Of a stretch of 64,000 nt of DNA, positions 24,230 to 35,678 are shown one piece after another. Numbering within the stretch: position 1 is the stretch's first letter; each line of letters starts with the position of its first letter. The stretch is from Podarcis liolepis (taxonomy: Eukaryota), in NCBI GenBank assembly GCA_965112155.1, contig OZ218106.1. One strand, written 5' to 3'. The position numbers and the translations under genes are program-made. A model generated the notes under the pieces. The model was not told where the DNA came from. It saw only the letters and a program-made list of their open reading frames with translations, and did not search any database.

Positions 24230-26170
24230 TTCCTGCGCAGGACATTTATGAACCCCACTGCGACTCTCCTCTGCTCCTCCTCCCCCCTCCGCGCTCACAC
24301 CAGCCCCGCCCTCGCTTCCGTATTTACAATCCTTCCTCTTCCCTCCAATTCCGTGCTCGCATTGTCAGAGCCAGAAAGCGCTGCCACTCAACCTCTCCCT
24401 CGCTGCTACTGGCTTGAAGGAGCCTAGCCCCGCCCATTACAGACGGTAGCATTCTGATTTCGAACATTCTTGACAGTTGATTGGCCGGCCAGGCCCGTCA
24501 CTCCCTCCCCCCACCCCGCGCACAGGGGCTCCTGAGGGAGGCTCGGCGCTTCCGCTATGGTGGTTGGAGAGGGGGGGGGAGAGAAAATGAGCTAAATATC
24601 CTCGCTGGAGGCGGCACATGCCGATCGCCCCGGGAACAGCAGCAGCAGTACCGATGCCCCGTCTCCCCCCGACCCCGGCTGCTCCCACACCCTTCCCAGC
24701 GCAAAGCAAAGTTTAGAGGGCAAGAAGCGCCTCCCCAAAAAATGAGGACCTTGAGCCCGTCGTGGCTCCTGCACCCGCCAGAGGCACCTCGGCGCTAGGG
24801 AACAATTGCAGGGGACCAGGAAGGAAAGGCGCTGCAAGGGGAGCCGCCTCTCCCTGCTCGGGAAGCGCGGCGTGGCTTGCTGCTTGACGGGAGGACAAGC
24901 GCAACAATCGCCACACGCTCTTCCTGGTCCCGGGCTGCAAAAAGAAGCGCGGCGCCTCCGCCGCTACAGCAGCGGCCAAAGCACGCCGCCCGCAACCGCT
25001 CGCCCCGGGCGCAGCGCGGTCAGGTTGCTAACGCGCCCAGCACGCCAAGGTGATCACTTCCTGGATTCGCCCTCCTCCTCCATTACTCCGGCGCCAGTGC
25101 CGCCCCCGGGAAGAGCGAGCGGCGTGCGCGCCTCCCTCCGCATCACCCGCCCTTCGCTTCTCTCCCCCCCCCCCCAGCGCCTCCCTTCTCTTCTACCAAG
25201 CTCCCCGCTCCCGCCCCGCCATTTCGCGGCGCCGCTTACCGGCGCGGATGAGCAGGTCGAGCTGGTTCGTGGGCCCCTCATGCAGGGAAGTCGCCATGTT
25301 TATGCCGCTGGAGCGAGCGGCGGCGGCGGCGGCTTCGCATTGACCCGCAGGGGCTCCCTGGCGCTCGGCCGCGCGCGCGCGCGGGCCCCCGCGGCTGGTC
25401 GGCGCGCGCCTGCGTGCGCGCTCCCGGCCGCCCCGAACGCGTTAAGAGCCGAGCCAACCCGACGGGCGCCTCGGCCGGATCTATCTCCGCGCGCTCGTTC
25501 CCGCGCCCGGCCAGCCAGCCACGCAAAAGGTTCCGCTCGGCTTCCTTCCTTCCCTCCCCCCGCGCGTGTAGCGGCAACAACGGCGGCGGCAAAGCAGCAG
25601 CAGCGCTTCCTCCTCAAGCGGGGCGCACACGATCCTTCCGCCGCCAGCCTCGCAGACAGGAAGTGCCGGGCGGGCGGGCGCTCGCTCGCTCTCCCTCTCG
25701 CCCTCCTCCCCTCTTCTGCTCTCCCATTCTACAGCAGGGGCAGGAATCGATCGCCGCAGTCACGACGAGATTCCGTTCTTCTTGGGTCGGAGGGATCCCA
25801 CTTCAGTCGGTCCAGCTGGAGGAAGGCAAAATCTCTCGCCTCTTCCGTTATCTTCCATGCAACTAGGTGGCAGGGATGCCAACAGAAAGGAGGTGCCCGC
25901 GGCTCAAGGCAATCGACGCCGCCTCCAGAGCCGCTTTCCCTTCTGCCACTTCTTCGCCAGCCTCCCGCGCGTCCCCCTCCGGGATGAACGACGCCTCTCT
26001 CTCTTTCTCCAAGGTGCCGCTTGAGGAATGGAGATATCGCCCCGTCTCCTCTCCGGTGAGAAGAGCAGCCTTGCACTGGTTCCTGCGGAGTCCCGAAAAG
26101 GCCGCCTTAAAAGGAGTTCTGAAATTAGAGGGCAAAGGCACCCGAGGTCTTTTTGGACAACCCGACCGGA
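24230..26170. promoter_or_regulatory. ELF2: CpG island, internal ELF2B promoter
   Basis: Very high GC and CpG density around the ELF2B first exon. GC boxes and an ETS motif ACAGGAAGTG at 25656-25665. Confidence 0.88.
25240..25297 (-). CDS. ELF2: ELF2B (NERF-1 type) alternative first coding exon
   Basis: ATG in AACATGG context. Encodes MATSLHEGPTNQLDLLIRA followed by G|gtaagc. Phase 1 fits the 16805 acceptor; spliced product is 531 aa. Confidence 0.95.
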
Positions 26171-26807
26171 TTTGCTTGAAATGCATTCAGTCCTGTCAAC
26201 GGAGCAACTGCTGCCCTGATCTCAACCACACTGTGTAGTTTTCCTTAAGGTCAAAGTTTATTCATAAGCAGAGCTGTCAAAGAGGAGGAATGTAATTTCT
26301 GCACCCCCTTCCATTTCAGAGGCCTTGCATAAGTTGCCACACTGCCCTTGATGAATCCCACCTTGTCCATTAGGATGCAAGCAGTTGTCTTGCAAATGGT
26401 AAACTTCACTGTGATCCAGTTTCAACCAGCAATATGCAGGCAGAAATGGAAGTGATTGTTTATCCCACAATTTCATTTCTTTAAACTATGTTCTTATAAG
26501 CATGTACTGTACTATAAACGATGTGCCATAAGCATATCACAACCAAATTAGAGGGCAAACTATTATAACTAATAGACATTCAATAAAGTCATGGTGAATA
26601 ACAAGCTGACATTACAAAAACCACTTCTCAAAATTTGGCAACAAGTAGAACTCAAGAGCAGATGATAGCTGCGATCCAAATCACATTTATCTGAAAGATA
26701 CTGAAATCAGTATGACATTTCAGAGAAAACATAGGCTATAAGGTTATATACACACTGCTGCTATCAGTACTGCTGCCTGCTTCTATTCATTAGGATTAAA
26801 TCAGGGG

Positions 26808-26911
26808 TAAAAAGGTAAAGGTACCCCTGACTTAGGTCCAGTCGCAAACTCTGGGGTTGCGTGCTCATCTCGCTCTATAGGTCAAGGGAGCCGCCGTTTG
26901 TCCGCAGACAG
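26808..26911 (-). mobile_element. Sauria SINE (Squam1-type) 3' fragment
   Basis: aaaggtaaaggtacccctgac..taggtccagtcg..actctggggttgcg..gctcatctcgct is the reverse complement of the Sauria SINE 3' end with its ACCTTT tail. Confidence 0.75.
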
Positions 26912-29729
26912 GATGCAATACCCACAGACTGCATACCAACAAAAGATTGTATACCAACAAAAACTGGGAAGATGCTACATTCCCTTATGGTCCTATCCCA
27001 TTTGGTTCTACACTTTTAAGTGTTCAGTAAGAGGCAGAAGGACTATTGAAGCACAAATTTGGTGCTAATGTGGCTTGGTAGAGCTGAGGCCAGAATTGGA
27101 GACATGAACTCCAGCTTCCTGAAAATTTTTCAGTCATCAAGATAGAATCCAGTGTCTTTATTTCTTTATTGTTTGCAGCCCTGAACCCATCTGAGAGAAA
27201 GGGCAGGATATAGATTTAATAAATAATAAACTAATTCTGTTGCATTAGCACACCCAGGTGTGCTATTCACACATAAAGCTAAGCCAAACTATGGCTTAGT
27301 GAGAACATGCGCTCTTCCAGGGAGGAAGGGGCAGTTACTTTGTCCTCCCCTGGTCCTTGTAACTTAGTACAGCATGACAACTAACCTAGGTTTGGGTTAG
27401 TGTGTGGTCAAACCTAGGTTTTGTAACTGAAGAAACCTTGGCTACAGCTCCTGATTAAGGAGACAGGTTAACCACTAGTCTGACTTTGAAGAACACTTTA
27501 AGCCAAACCTTGGTTTACCATGGTACAGAAACAAGAAGAGGCAGGGAGAACTGGTGCAGCTGTGAGCTCTCTGAGAGCCCCCAAGGATCAAGGGTACAAA
27601 AATATTTTTGTAATGCTATTTTAAAAATCTTGACTGTGAAGAAACAAAATTGGCATGAAGAACAAAATTTTCAGATTAAAGGGTTTAAATCACATATTTC
27701 ACCAGCAGTCCAAAAATTAACTTGAAGGATTCTTTAGAGTAGGATCCTGATAGATAAACATAATACAGTAAACTGTCTACTACTACAAGGTTTGATTTGA
27801 TGTTGCAGATGGCAATCAATTATTTACATCAGCCATAAAATCAATGTTATTTTTAAACAGGAAGTTGAAAACTCCAGAGGAAGATATTTGAAATTTGTGT
27901 TTATGTAAGTGGCAAACAAATTAAAGTCTAAAGTAGTTATAAGATTAGCTTTCCATAATAGTGGTATAAGTAGTAATCTGAAAAAGAAAGAAATTTCTTT
28001 TAGAATATACAAGTTAACACTTTTTACTAAAAGGGATTAAGGGCTTTTTCTAGAGCTATACCACCCCTGATTTAAAAATGCATTATTCATTTATGTATAA
28101 TATTACCAAAAAGCTATACATACCAACACTGTTCTGGATCAATTTTATTCCCCCATCATGAGGTAACTAAAGGAGGTGCTCTTGCTTTAGATCTCCATTA
28201 GTCATGCAGGTCTTCTACCTCCCTGTGGCAATAATATTCATTTAAAAAGGTAAAAGTTTGTTTATGCCACAGGGAGGATTTCTGATGCAATGTGAAAAAC
28301 ACAGGAGAAGAATGGCATCCCAAAAATAAGTCACCACTCCCATCTCATTGTTCTGAAAATATCAAATTGACACCAATTCTGGCACAATTAATGAGAAAGC
28401 AGAGAGTTGCATTCCATATGAACTCCTCCCCAAATAAGAAGCCAAACACTAAAATATCCTTACTTAAGACATTTTCCAAGAAGCTGCAAACTACATTTAC
28501 TTCACTTTAGGAAGAAAGTTTCCCTATTTGGATAACAGCAATAACTACCATCCCACCACCACTTTCTTCCAGTGGAAGCATTTCATGAGCTGAGTTCAGC
28601 TCACATGATCACTGGATCACAGCCACTAAATTCTTTAAGAGAAATATGTACGTCCTCTTATTAGTGATGACGACAAAGGAATTTAAAATAGCAGTTTGCC
28701 CTCAGCACAAAATACTAATAGAATTGGATTTTATATTTATTATGCAACAACTCAAGCATCAAGTGTGCTCATTTACATTCAAACCAACAAATGTTCCAAT
28801 AATAAGTTCAATGTTCAAATTAAATTAACCAAATAACAGAAGTTAAAAACATGCTTGACTACTTGTCCTGAACTTGCAACTTTCTTTGCTAGGACTTATA
28901 AATAAAAGAGGGAGTCAGAGGAGAGGACAGGAACAATTATATCAATGGCAACAAAGTAAAGGGCCTAAGTTTTGTATGTCAGAAAAATATTTGCCTTCTG
29001 AGCCTCTAAATAAGCTCTACTCACAATTATTTCATATTATCCAGGAAAGCTTTGAATGCAAAAGAATAAATCAAGACAAATCATAATCAGGAATGAAATA
29101 GTAAAAAACCAGTGGTAGAACACTTCAGTTTCACAGGAAAGTTAATAACTAATTTTTAAGGAGACCATACTGGAGTAAAACAGCAGCATGAATCTGATTA
29201 ATTGCAATTCATCATGAAGTTCATTGCTGAATCAGGACAATGGATTTTTATCACACTAAAAGTGTTAATTGGCATATTATTGTCAGAATGTCTGTGTCAA
29301 TGTATTATCAATGATACATGCCAATTTTCACCATCTGCTTTCTGCATTTCATTTCCCTCTGTCCTCAATGTTTACAATCCCCTGCATCCAAACCATACCT
29401 GTAACTCACAAAAGCGCTTCATTCTTCCCTGATTAAGATTTCCATGAAAGCTTCAACTCATCTTTTAGTCTTAAGGTGCCAGCCTGTTTGTTGAGCTATT
29501 CATGATTCTCAGTTCTGTGTAAGCCCACAGCTTCAAGTAGGCAGGTATGTTTCACTGCATCAAGCCATTACTTGGATTATGTTCAGTATTCAAAAGGGAA
29601 AACACTAATATAATTTTTAAAAATTGTTTCTCAAACCTTAAAAGCAGATTGTGTTTTAATGCTTCACAATTTTTTTACTGTCCGTGTTCTAATATGAACA
29701 TGTCTTTTGGGCGTGTGCTACAGAATACT

Positions 29730-29889
29730 CCTTTATTGCCCACAGTGGATCAGTGCATCTGGCTGTTAACCAGAAGGTTGGTAGTTCAAGCCCACCTAGG
29801 TAGGGATGGCTGTGGGCAGGATTCCTGCACTACAGGGGATTGGAATAGATGACCCTTGGGATCCTTCCAACTCCATTATTCTATGATTG
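29730..29889 (+). mobile_element. tRNA-Asn-derived SINE with CR1-type 3' tail
   Basis: ggctgttaaccagaaggttggtagttcaagcccacctagg matches the tRNA-Asn(GTT) anticodon and T arms. Tail tagatgacccttgggatccttccaactcc...attctatgatt matches the CR1 3' end at 17688-17838. Confidence 0.7.
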
Positions 29890-30424
29890 TATACAATAAA
29901 ACAGTACGTTCAAATGCATTTTTAACTTTTGGAAGAACTTTTATAAACCCACTTGAGGTTCAAACATAGTTATTTTTAGAAAGCCTACTATAGAAAAAAA
30001 GAAACCTCAAGCATACCATTTGTACACACCCAGTGGAATGCATTCCTTTGAAAAAGAGCCACCCACTCCATGCCAAATCACAAACTACTTTTGATATTTC
30101 CCTCTCAGTTTCATAATAAATTTTCAATACAGCATGCAGAAGTGCTGCTTGAGAAGCTCAAAGGCTCTCTTGGGTGTGCAGTTCTTTAAACGCTGACCAC
30201 GGTTATGTCAGAACCTATAACCTTGCTTCATGCAGAAGAAATCTACTCTAAGAAATTGGTGACACCATTTGACCTAAGTGAAGCACAATAGTAGCTGTTA
30301 TAGATAGAAGGAAGTATTTTCCTTCAAGCATGTTTTTCAGGATTCTTACTAGCTTACCTCAAAGCAGGAACTAAAGTGATGGAACTTTAGGGACGGGAAG
30401 AGAGAGATTTTAAAGGCCAACCCT

Positions 30425-30570
30425 GTTGTATCAGACCAAAGACCTATCTAGTCTAGCATCCTGTTTCTCACACTAGCCAACCAGATACCTATGGGAAGGA
30501 CACAAGTGCCACAGCCCTTTCCCACTGCTGCTCCCTAATGACTAGTATTCAGAGGTGTGCTGCCTCTGTC
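30425..30570 (-). mobile_element. CR1 3' end fragment
   Basis: Reverse complement resembles ...tgtgagaaacaggatgctagactagataggtctttggtctgat. Confidence 0.6.
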
Positions 30571-31059
30571 TTCCAGTCCAAGGGCACAATCTAGAGTTGT
30601 GCATGGCTAGTTCATATAGCCATTTTTCTCTCTACCTCATTTCTAGCAGCATCCTCTCCATACCATATCACAAGCTCCTCTTTATGTCTCAAGAATTTTT
30701 GAAATAAGCGTGGCATGTTGCTTGATGGGACAAGGAGAGTGTTGGCTGGGACCAGGCATGCTAGCAGGGGTGGATTTAGGGCTGTGTGAGTAGTGCGCAC
30801 ACACCAGGAGCTGAGCCAAGGCGATACCAGCTCAAATCCTGGTAAGCAAGGCACTGGACTTTGTGAAGGAGTTATGAGACTCTGACTGGATCCTCCTTCT
30901 CAAAGCTGGGTGCCTCTTTACCTGCCTTTGGGAGTGGGATTTTGGCCTTGCACAAGACACCATAATACCCAAAGTCCACCACTGTTGCTGGATCTTGAGT
31001 AAATTACAAATCTCACCTAACTGTGGAATCTGGAGTATGCCATTTTGGTGAAGATCCAC

Positions 31060-31228
31060 AAGCAATGCTTCTGAATGCCAGATGCTGGAAACCACAGGAG
31101 GCAAGAACGCTCTTCTGCTTGAATCCTGCTTGCTGGTTTCCCACAGGCATCTGGTTGGCCACTGTGAGAACTGAATGCTGGACCAGATGGGCTATTGGCC
31201 TGATCCAGCAAGCAATTCTCGTGTTTTT
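31060..31228 (+). mobile_element. CR1 3' end fragment
   Basis: ttcccacaggcatctggttggccactgtgagaactgaatgctggaccagatgggctattggcctgatccagc. Confidence 0.65.
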
Positions 31229-31334
31229 ATTCCATCAAGAGACCGTAACTAATCAACACGACTAAGTGAAAGGAATTAAACAGATATTAAATTGTTGGTA
31301 CTTTGTTGAACTAGAACAAATCCAAATCTTACTA

Positions 31335-31768
31335 ATGGCAATACATTTCCAAGCTAAGCTCAAGGCATTACTGTTAGTTTGCAAATCCCTAAACAACCTA
31401 GATCCAAGTTACCTGAAAGAGCGCCTTGTACCTTACACACCACTCAGATTACAGAAGTCACTTGGAGAATCCTTCCTGACTGTTCCAGTTATCACAAATG
31501 AACCTAAACATTTCATTTCTACAAAAAGTTTTAGCATAGTGGCATCAGTACTATAAAACACTGTTCTAATTGAAATCAGACAGGTACCGATATTTTTGAT
31601 ATTTCATTACACCTGCATTTCTTTGGTTAAGCATTTATAAAGAATTAATTTGATTCAGTGTTGGTCATTCGTTTTGTATTTTATGATGTTATAAGAATTT
31701 TATTGTACATTGTTACACAATTTTTTTAATGCTGGCCAATTATAAATTCACTCATGAATAAATAAATG
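31335..31768 (+). mobile_element. L2-clade LINE, ORF2 C-terminus and 3'UTR
   Basis: IHFQAKLKALLLVCKSLNNLDPSYLKERLVPYTPLRL...SFSIVA resembles the L2 ORF2 C-terminus. Ends in an aataaataaa tail. Confidence 0.7.
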
Positions 31769-32952
31769 CAGATTTATTTACTCATTGTACTAAGTCAAAA
31801 TAGATTTATAAGCCAGCCATACTTTCTATGAGTACAGTAGTCTTTTAGCACATTTAAAACATAAGTATAATATAGAAATAAAGCCACAAATGCCAGCAGA
31901 ACTTTCTTCTCCATAAAGTATATTTACAGTGCTAAAAATCAATCAGAGAGCAACGAAGATTAAAAATATCTCATTACAATTTAGTTTATAGTCCTAATCA
32001 ATTCACTGCCTTGCTTTTAACCAATACACTGAGTTATTAATTTAAGTCCTGCTTACACATTGAAAAGCATAAATGAAGGTGTATTGAGGATACCAAAGGA
32101 AACCGCTTTTTAGCACTTTCTTTATAAAAGTGCAAATCTCCACATAGTTAAGAGTTCGTATTTGGCATTTTCATTTCATGTCATAAGGGAATGTGAAGTA
32201 GTTACTAGCATAGTAACACCAACTAGTTTTCCACCTCCCCCTTCCCTTGCCCTCCTCCAAAAGCAGGTTGAACCATATTGACACTGATTAAATGAGTACT
32301 GTTGGCTTGATAGCCATTGTTTTCATTGTTAAAAGGAAAACCTCATAAATTTTACCCGAAGAGGCAAGCTATCTACTAGACTGGTATACAAACTGTAAAG
32401 AAAAGTATATCCTAAGCTTATTCAGATTTTATGCAGGAAAGATAAGTTAGCACATTTGTGCAATATGCAGAGCAACAAGCCTAAAGACAGGATTATTTTC
32501 TACTAAATGTATTATTATTGAATTATTTGAAAGGTATAGTTCCTGAATCAGATCTGGAAATGGCAGTCGATCTACTAATTGCAGCAGAAATGGTAACTGG
32601 CAAAGGAGGAAGAGTATAGCACTGCCAAACTCAGATTGCTTTGAAAAAGCTGGAACCTCATCACACTAATGAATCTTACATATTCAATTTTTGCTATGTT
32701 TGGGAATGATACCCTGTATCCATATAATTTGCTTGCATTGTAAAATGATATAATAATGATGTTACTTGGTTGAGCATATATATATAAATTTTCCCCTTCA
32801 AGTGACCTGCCTCCTCCCCATCTCCTTTTCATTAGCTGTTCCCATTAAATGGAAGGGGGAATCATAATGTGCAATTAAAACAGTAGTGATGCATACCAGC
32901 TGATTAATGTTTGCATCCTTAGCAAAAAAAAAAAAAAAGTAAAGAGGTTTAC

Positions 32953-33118
32953 CTGTTTTCACAGTTTCTGTCTCGATTTCCTGTTCTTCTGCAACATCTT
33001 GAAGAAGGTAAGTTTCATCATCATAAACAAAGATCTGTGCAGCATATCCTTGTTCGACTCTGGCACTTGGTACTGGCTCTACAATCACTGCTGGATATTC
33101 AGAGACTGGCTCGTTCTC
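32953..33118 (-). CDS. ELF2: ELF2A second coding exon (acidic N-terminal domain)
   Basis: Acceptor gctctacag|GAG and donor G|gtaaac. Encodes ENEPVSEYPAVIVEPVPSARVEQGYAAQIFVYDDETYLLQDVAEEQEIETETVKT. Confidence 0.96.
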
Positions 33119-33909
33119 CTGTAGAGCACAGTAAGAGAATGTGTTGCCATCCTAATCCAAATAATCCCTTCCATTTTCCCTTTAGTGACTTGATGTCTTT
33201 CATAGAATATTAAATAAAAAGTATGTATTTAAAGGATTACAAATAAATTTGGGTATATCTGTAGGCAGCATGGGGTGGAGAGAGGGATAGAGACAGATAC
33301 AATGTATCAACCACTAAAGCAAGGCTCATCAGAAACACACCAAGAACCACAGTATGCAAACATTGTTGCATTTAATTAACAAGCGGCCTATCATTTCCAT
33401 GAACTTTGGCACTTACCAAGCTATATTATTACAGAAATAACTAAAAATGACATTAAGGGTTTAGTCCAAAGTTGCACAATTTAAAGTCCTATCAGTTTCA
33501 ATGTGATAAACATGTAGCTCAGATCTGGGCCTTTCATCACTGCTCATTCCTTTACCTTGCCCACATATTTGAATGTTTTTAACAGATGTGTGTAATTACC
33601 AACTTATCTTGGAAGCAAGGTGGCAAGTTCTTGTTTTTCAAAAACTGCAGTAATTCTCATAGCCCGCATATGGCTTCAGAGCCTGTTCTAAATACCAAGT
33701 TATTTTAATGAATCTAGCACTTACATTCAAATAAATGCTCTGAGGCACAGTCCCCCAAGTCAAAACCTGTAATCTATCTGACACAACAGTTCTCTTTTCT
33801 CTCTGAGCATGAACTAGGGCATGAGCCTCTCCCATTACATGTTTCATTTGTATCCACAATTAGCATTTACAAAGATCACATGAAGAAAGGTTGTACATCA
33901 TTTTCTGAC

Positions 33910-33984
33910 CTGGCCTTGAATTTGTACTCCATTGCTGTCAAACTCAAGACCTGAGCCTCCACTGTCAACTGCTGCTGATGTCAT
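33910..33984 (-). CDS. ELF2: ELF2A (NERF-2 type) first coding segment; whole exon spans 33910-34141 including 157 nt of 5'UTR
   Basis: ACCATGA start, MTSAAVDSGGSGLEFDSNGVQIQGQ, donor CAG|gtcaga. Exon acceptor ccctctttcag|G at 34141. Spliced CDS = 1779 nt = 592 aa. Confidence 0.93.
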
Positions 33985-34285
33985 GGTGCATTCCCTGGGA
34001 AGATTAGAAGGCTAGTAGCAAAATATGTAAATCTTCTCAGTGATGTTAACTGGTAACACAGAAAGCTTGAGATACAGGAACTTCGTAAACCAAGTAGAAT
34101 CTTTGCAAAATCAAACTTCTTCCCTTCTGGTGCCACAAATCCTGAAAGAGGGAGCATAAAAAACATTGGTATATGCAACTATTTTTAATGCTACTGCTTA
34201 TAGAAATGTGTTAAAATTGTACATGAAAATAGGGCATTGGTTGACACTAATATGATCAAATAATACAGCTGTCATTTGTAAAATG

Positions 34286-34411
34286 TAGCCTTCCCTAATC
34301 TGGTGGCCTCCGTATGTTTTGGACAAGAAGTCCCATCAGCCACAGCCAGCATGGCCAAAGGTCAGGGATGATGGGAGTTGAACCTGGAGGGCACAAGACT
34401 GAGGAAGCCTG
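34286..34411. mobile_element. Hairpin hAT-type MITE (cccatca...tgatggga family)
   Basis: Self-complementary arms. Related copies near 14330, 20120, 50908, 52371 and 59185. Confidence 0.6.
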
Positions 34412-35255
34412 CATCTGTTTGCCATCACATGACAGTTCCAAAGTTTATACTTATGTGGAGAACTCATTCCCTTGCAATAAGTTTAACTATATAGAATTAC
34501 TTCAATTTTCAGCTACCCTTGTTTAGCTTATGTTTTTCATGCTTTGTTATTATTTCAGGAGCTACATGTTAATAAATTGTTGCTTTTATTAAAGTCATAC
34601 AGTAGCTGCAACCTGACCTGCAGACTTTTCAATAAATAAATGCCAAATTATTCATATCCTGTGCACATGAAACTAAGCAATCTTATCTAGCTACTGTTTG
34701 GTGTAGAGCGCTGAGCTGGATCTACTACTGATATACTTTATAAGGTTTCCCCTATATTCTTACATATTTTAAAAATACTTTAATACCAAACACACTGTCT
34801 TCAATGAAATTCTAATTACAAAAATTGTCATTTACAAAAGGGAAGGATAAAGGACTCCCAACACAAATTCCCGCCACCCCCACTGCAACTGCGTCAGCAG
34901 CAAAGAGAGGCTGTCTCCTCTTTATTAAAAAGGAACAGGGAAAGCAAACCTGGGCTCAGAAAGAGCAGGTGAAATAGGAATTTATTCTGAGCCCAATTCT
35001 CCTCACCTACTTGCTTCAGGAGCAGAAGCTAGTTGTCTCTTGCTGCTGAAGCAATTAAAGGTGATGACCAAGAGGCTCCCACCAAGCCTGTTAGCACATC
35101 CTTCCCACTGTTGTTCAATCTGACACTTTACTGTGTTGACTAGAGGAGAAGCATGCTGTGCAAGACAATTTCCTGTCACAGCAGGCCCAGGGCTAGTGTC
35201 TGTGCACTACCCTTTACTGCCAGGCATATTCCTTGGTAGCATGCATGAAGTTGTA

Positions 35256-35481
35256 CTGTGGTACCTCATGTTAAGAACTTAATTCATTCCGGAGATCTAT
35301 TCTTAACCTGAAACTGTTCTTAACCTGAAGTACCACTTTAGCTAATAGGGCCTCCCGCTGCCGCTGCGCTGCTGGCACACGATTTCTGTTCTCATCCGGA
35401 AGCAAAGTTCTTAACCCGAGGTACTATTTCTGGGTTAGCAGAGTCTGTAACCTGAAGCATCTGTAACCTGAGGTACCACTG
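35256..35481 (-). mobile_element. Tc1/mariner-type MITE, copy 2
   Basis: TIRs CTGTGGTACCTC / GAGGTACCACTG with TA flanks. Reverse complement of copies 1 and 3. Confidence 0.9.
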
Positions 35482-35629
35482 TATATGTACACTTCTTGCT
35501 TAAGGAAATTCAGGGTTATGAAACATACTACAATTAGTAAAGACTATCACCTATCCCGCTTCTCCTCCATATGGACACCCTCAATGTCCCCACAGCAGAC
35601 ACCTACTTTACAAAACAAAATACCGGTAA

Positions 35630-35631
35630 TA

Positions 35632-35675
<44 letters not shown>
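35630..35675. repeat. (AAT)n microsatellite
   Basis: Direct read. Confidence 0.92.

Positions 35676-35678
<3 letters not shown>

Noticed and set aside
24806-25987. 393-aa + strand ORF and neighbouring ORFs over the ELF2B island
   Set aside because: Low-complexity Arg/Pro/Ala/Gly content with no domain; stop-codon depletion is expected in a CpG island.
33981-34178. 65-aa ORF as a linear uORF ending on the ELF2A ATG
   Set aside because: Its start is intronic, and exon 1 spliced to 34141 supplies no in-frame AUG (a TGA lies shortly before the junction). The frame matters only in the circular model or with an unknown extra exon.
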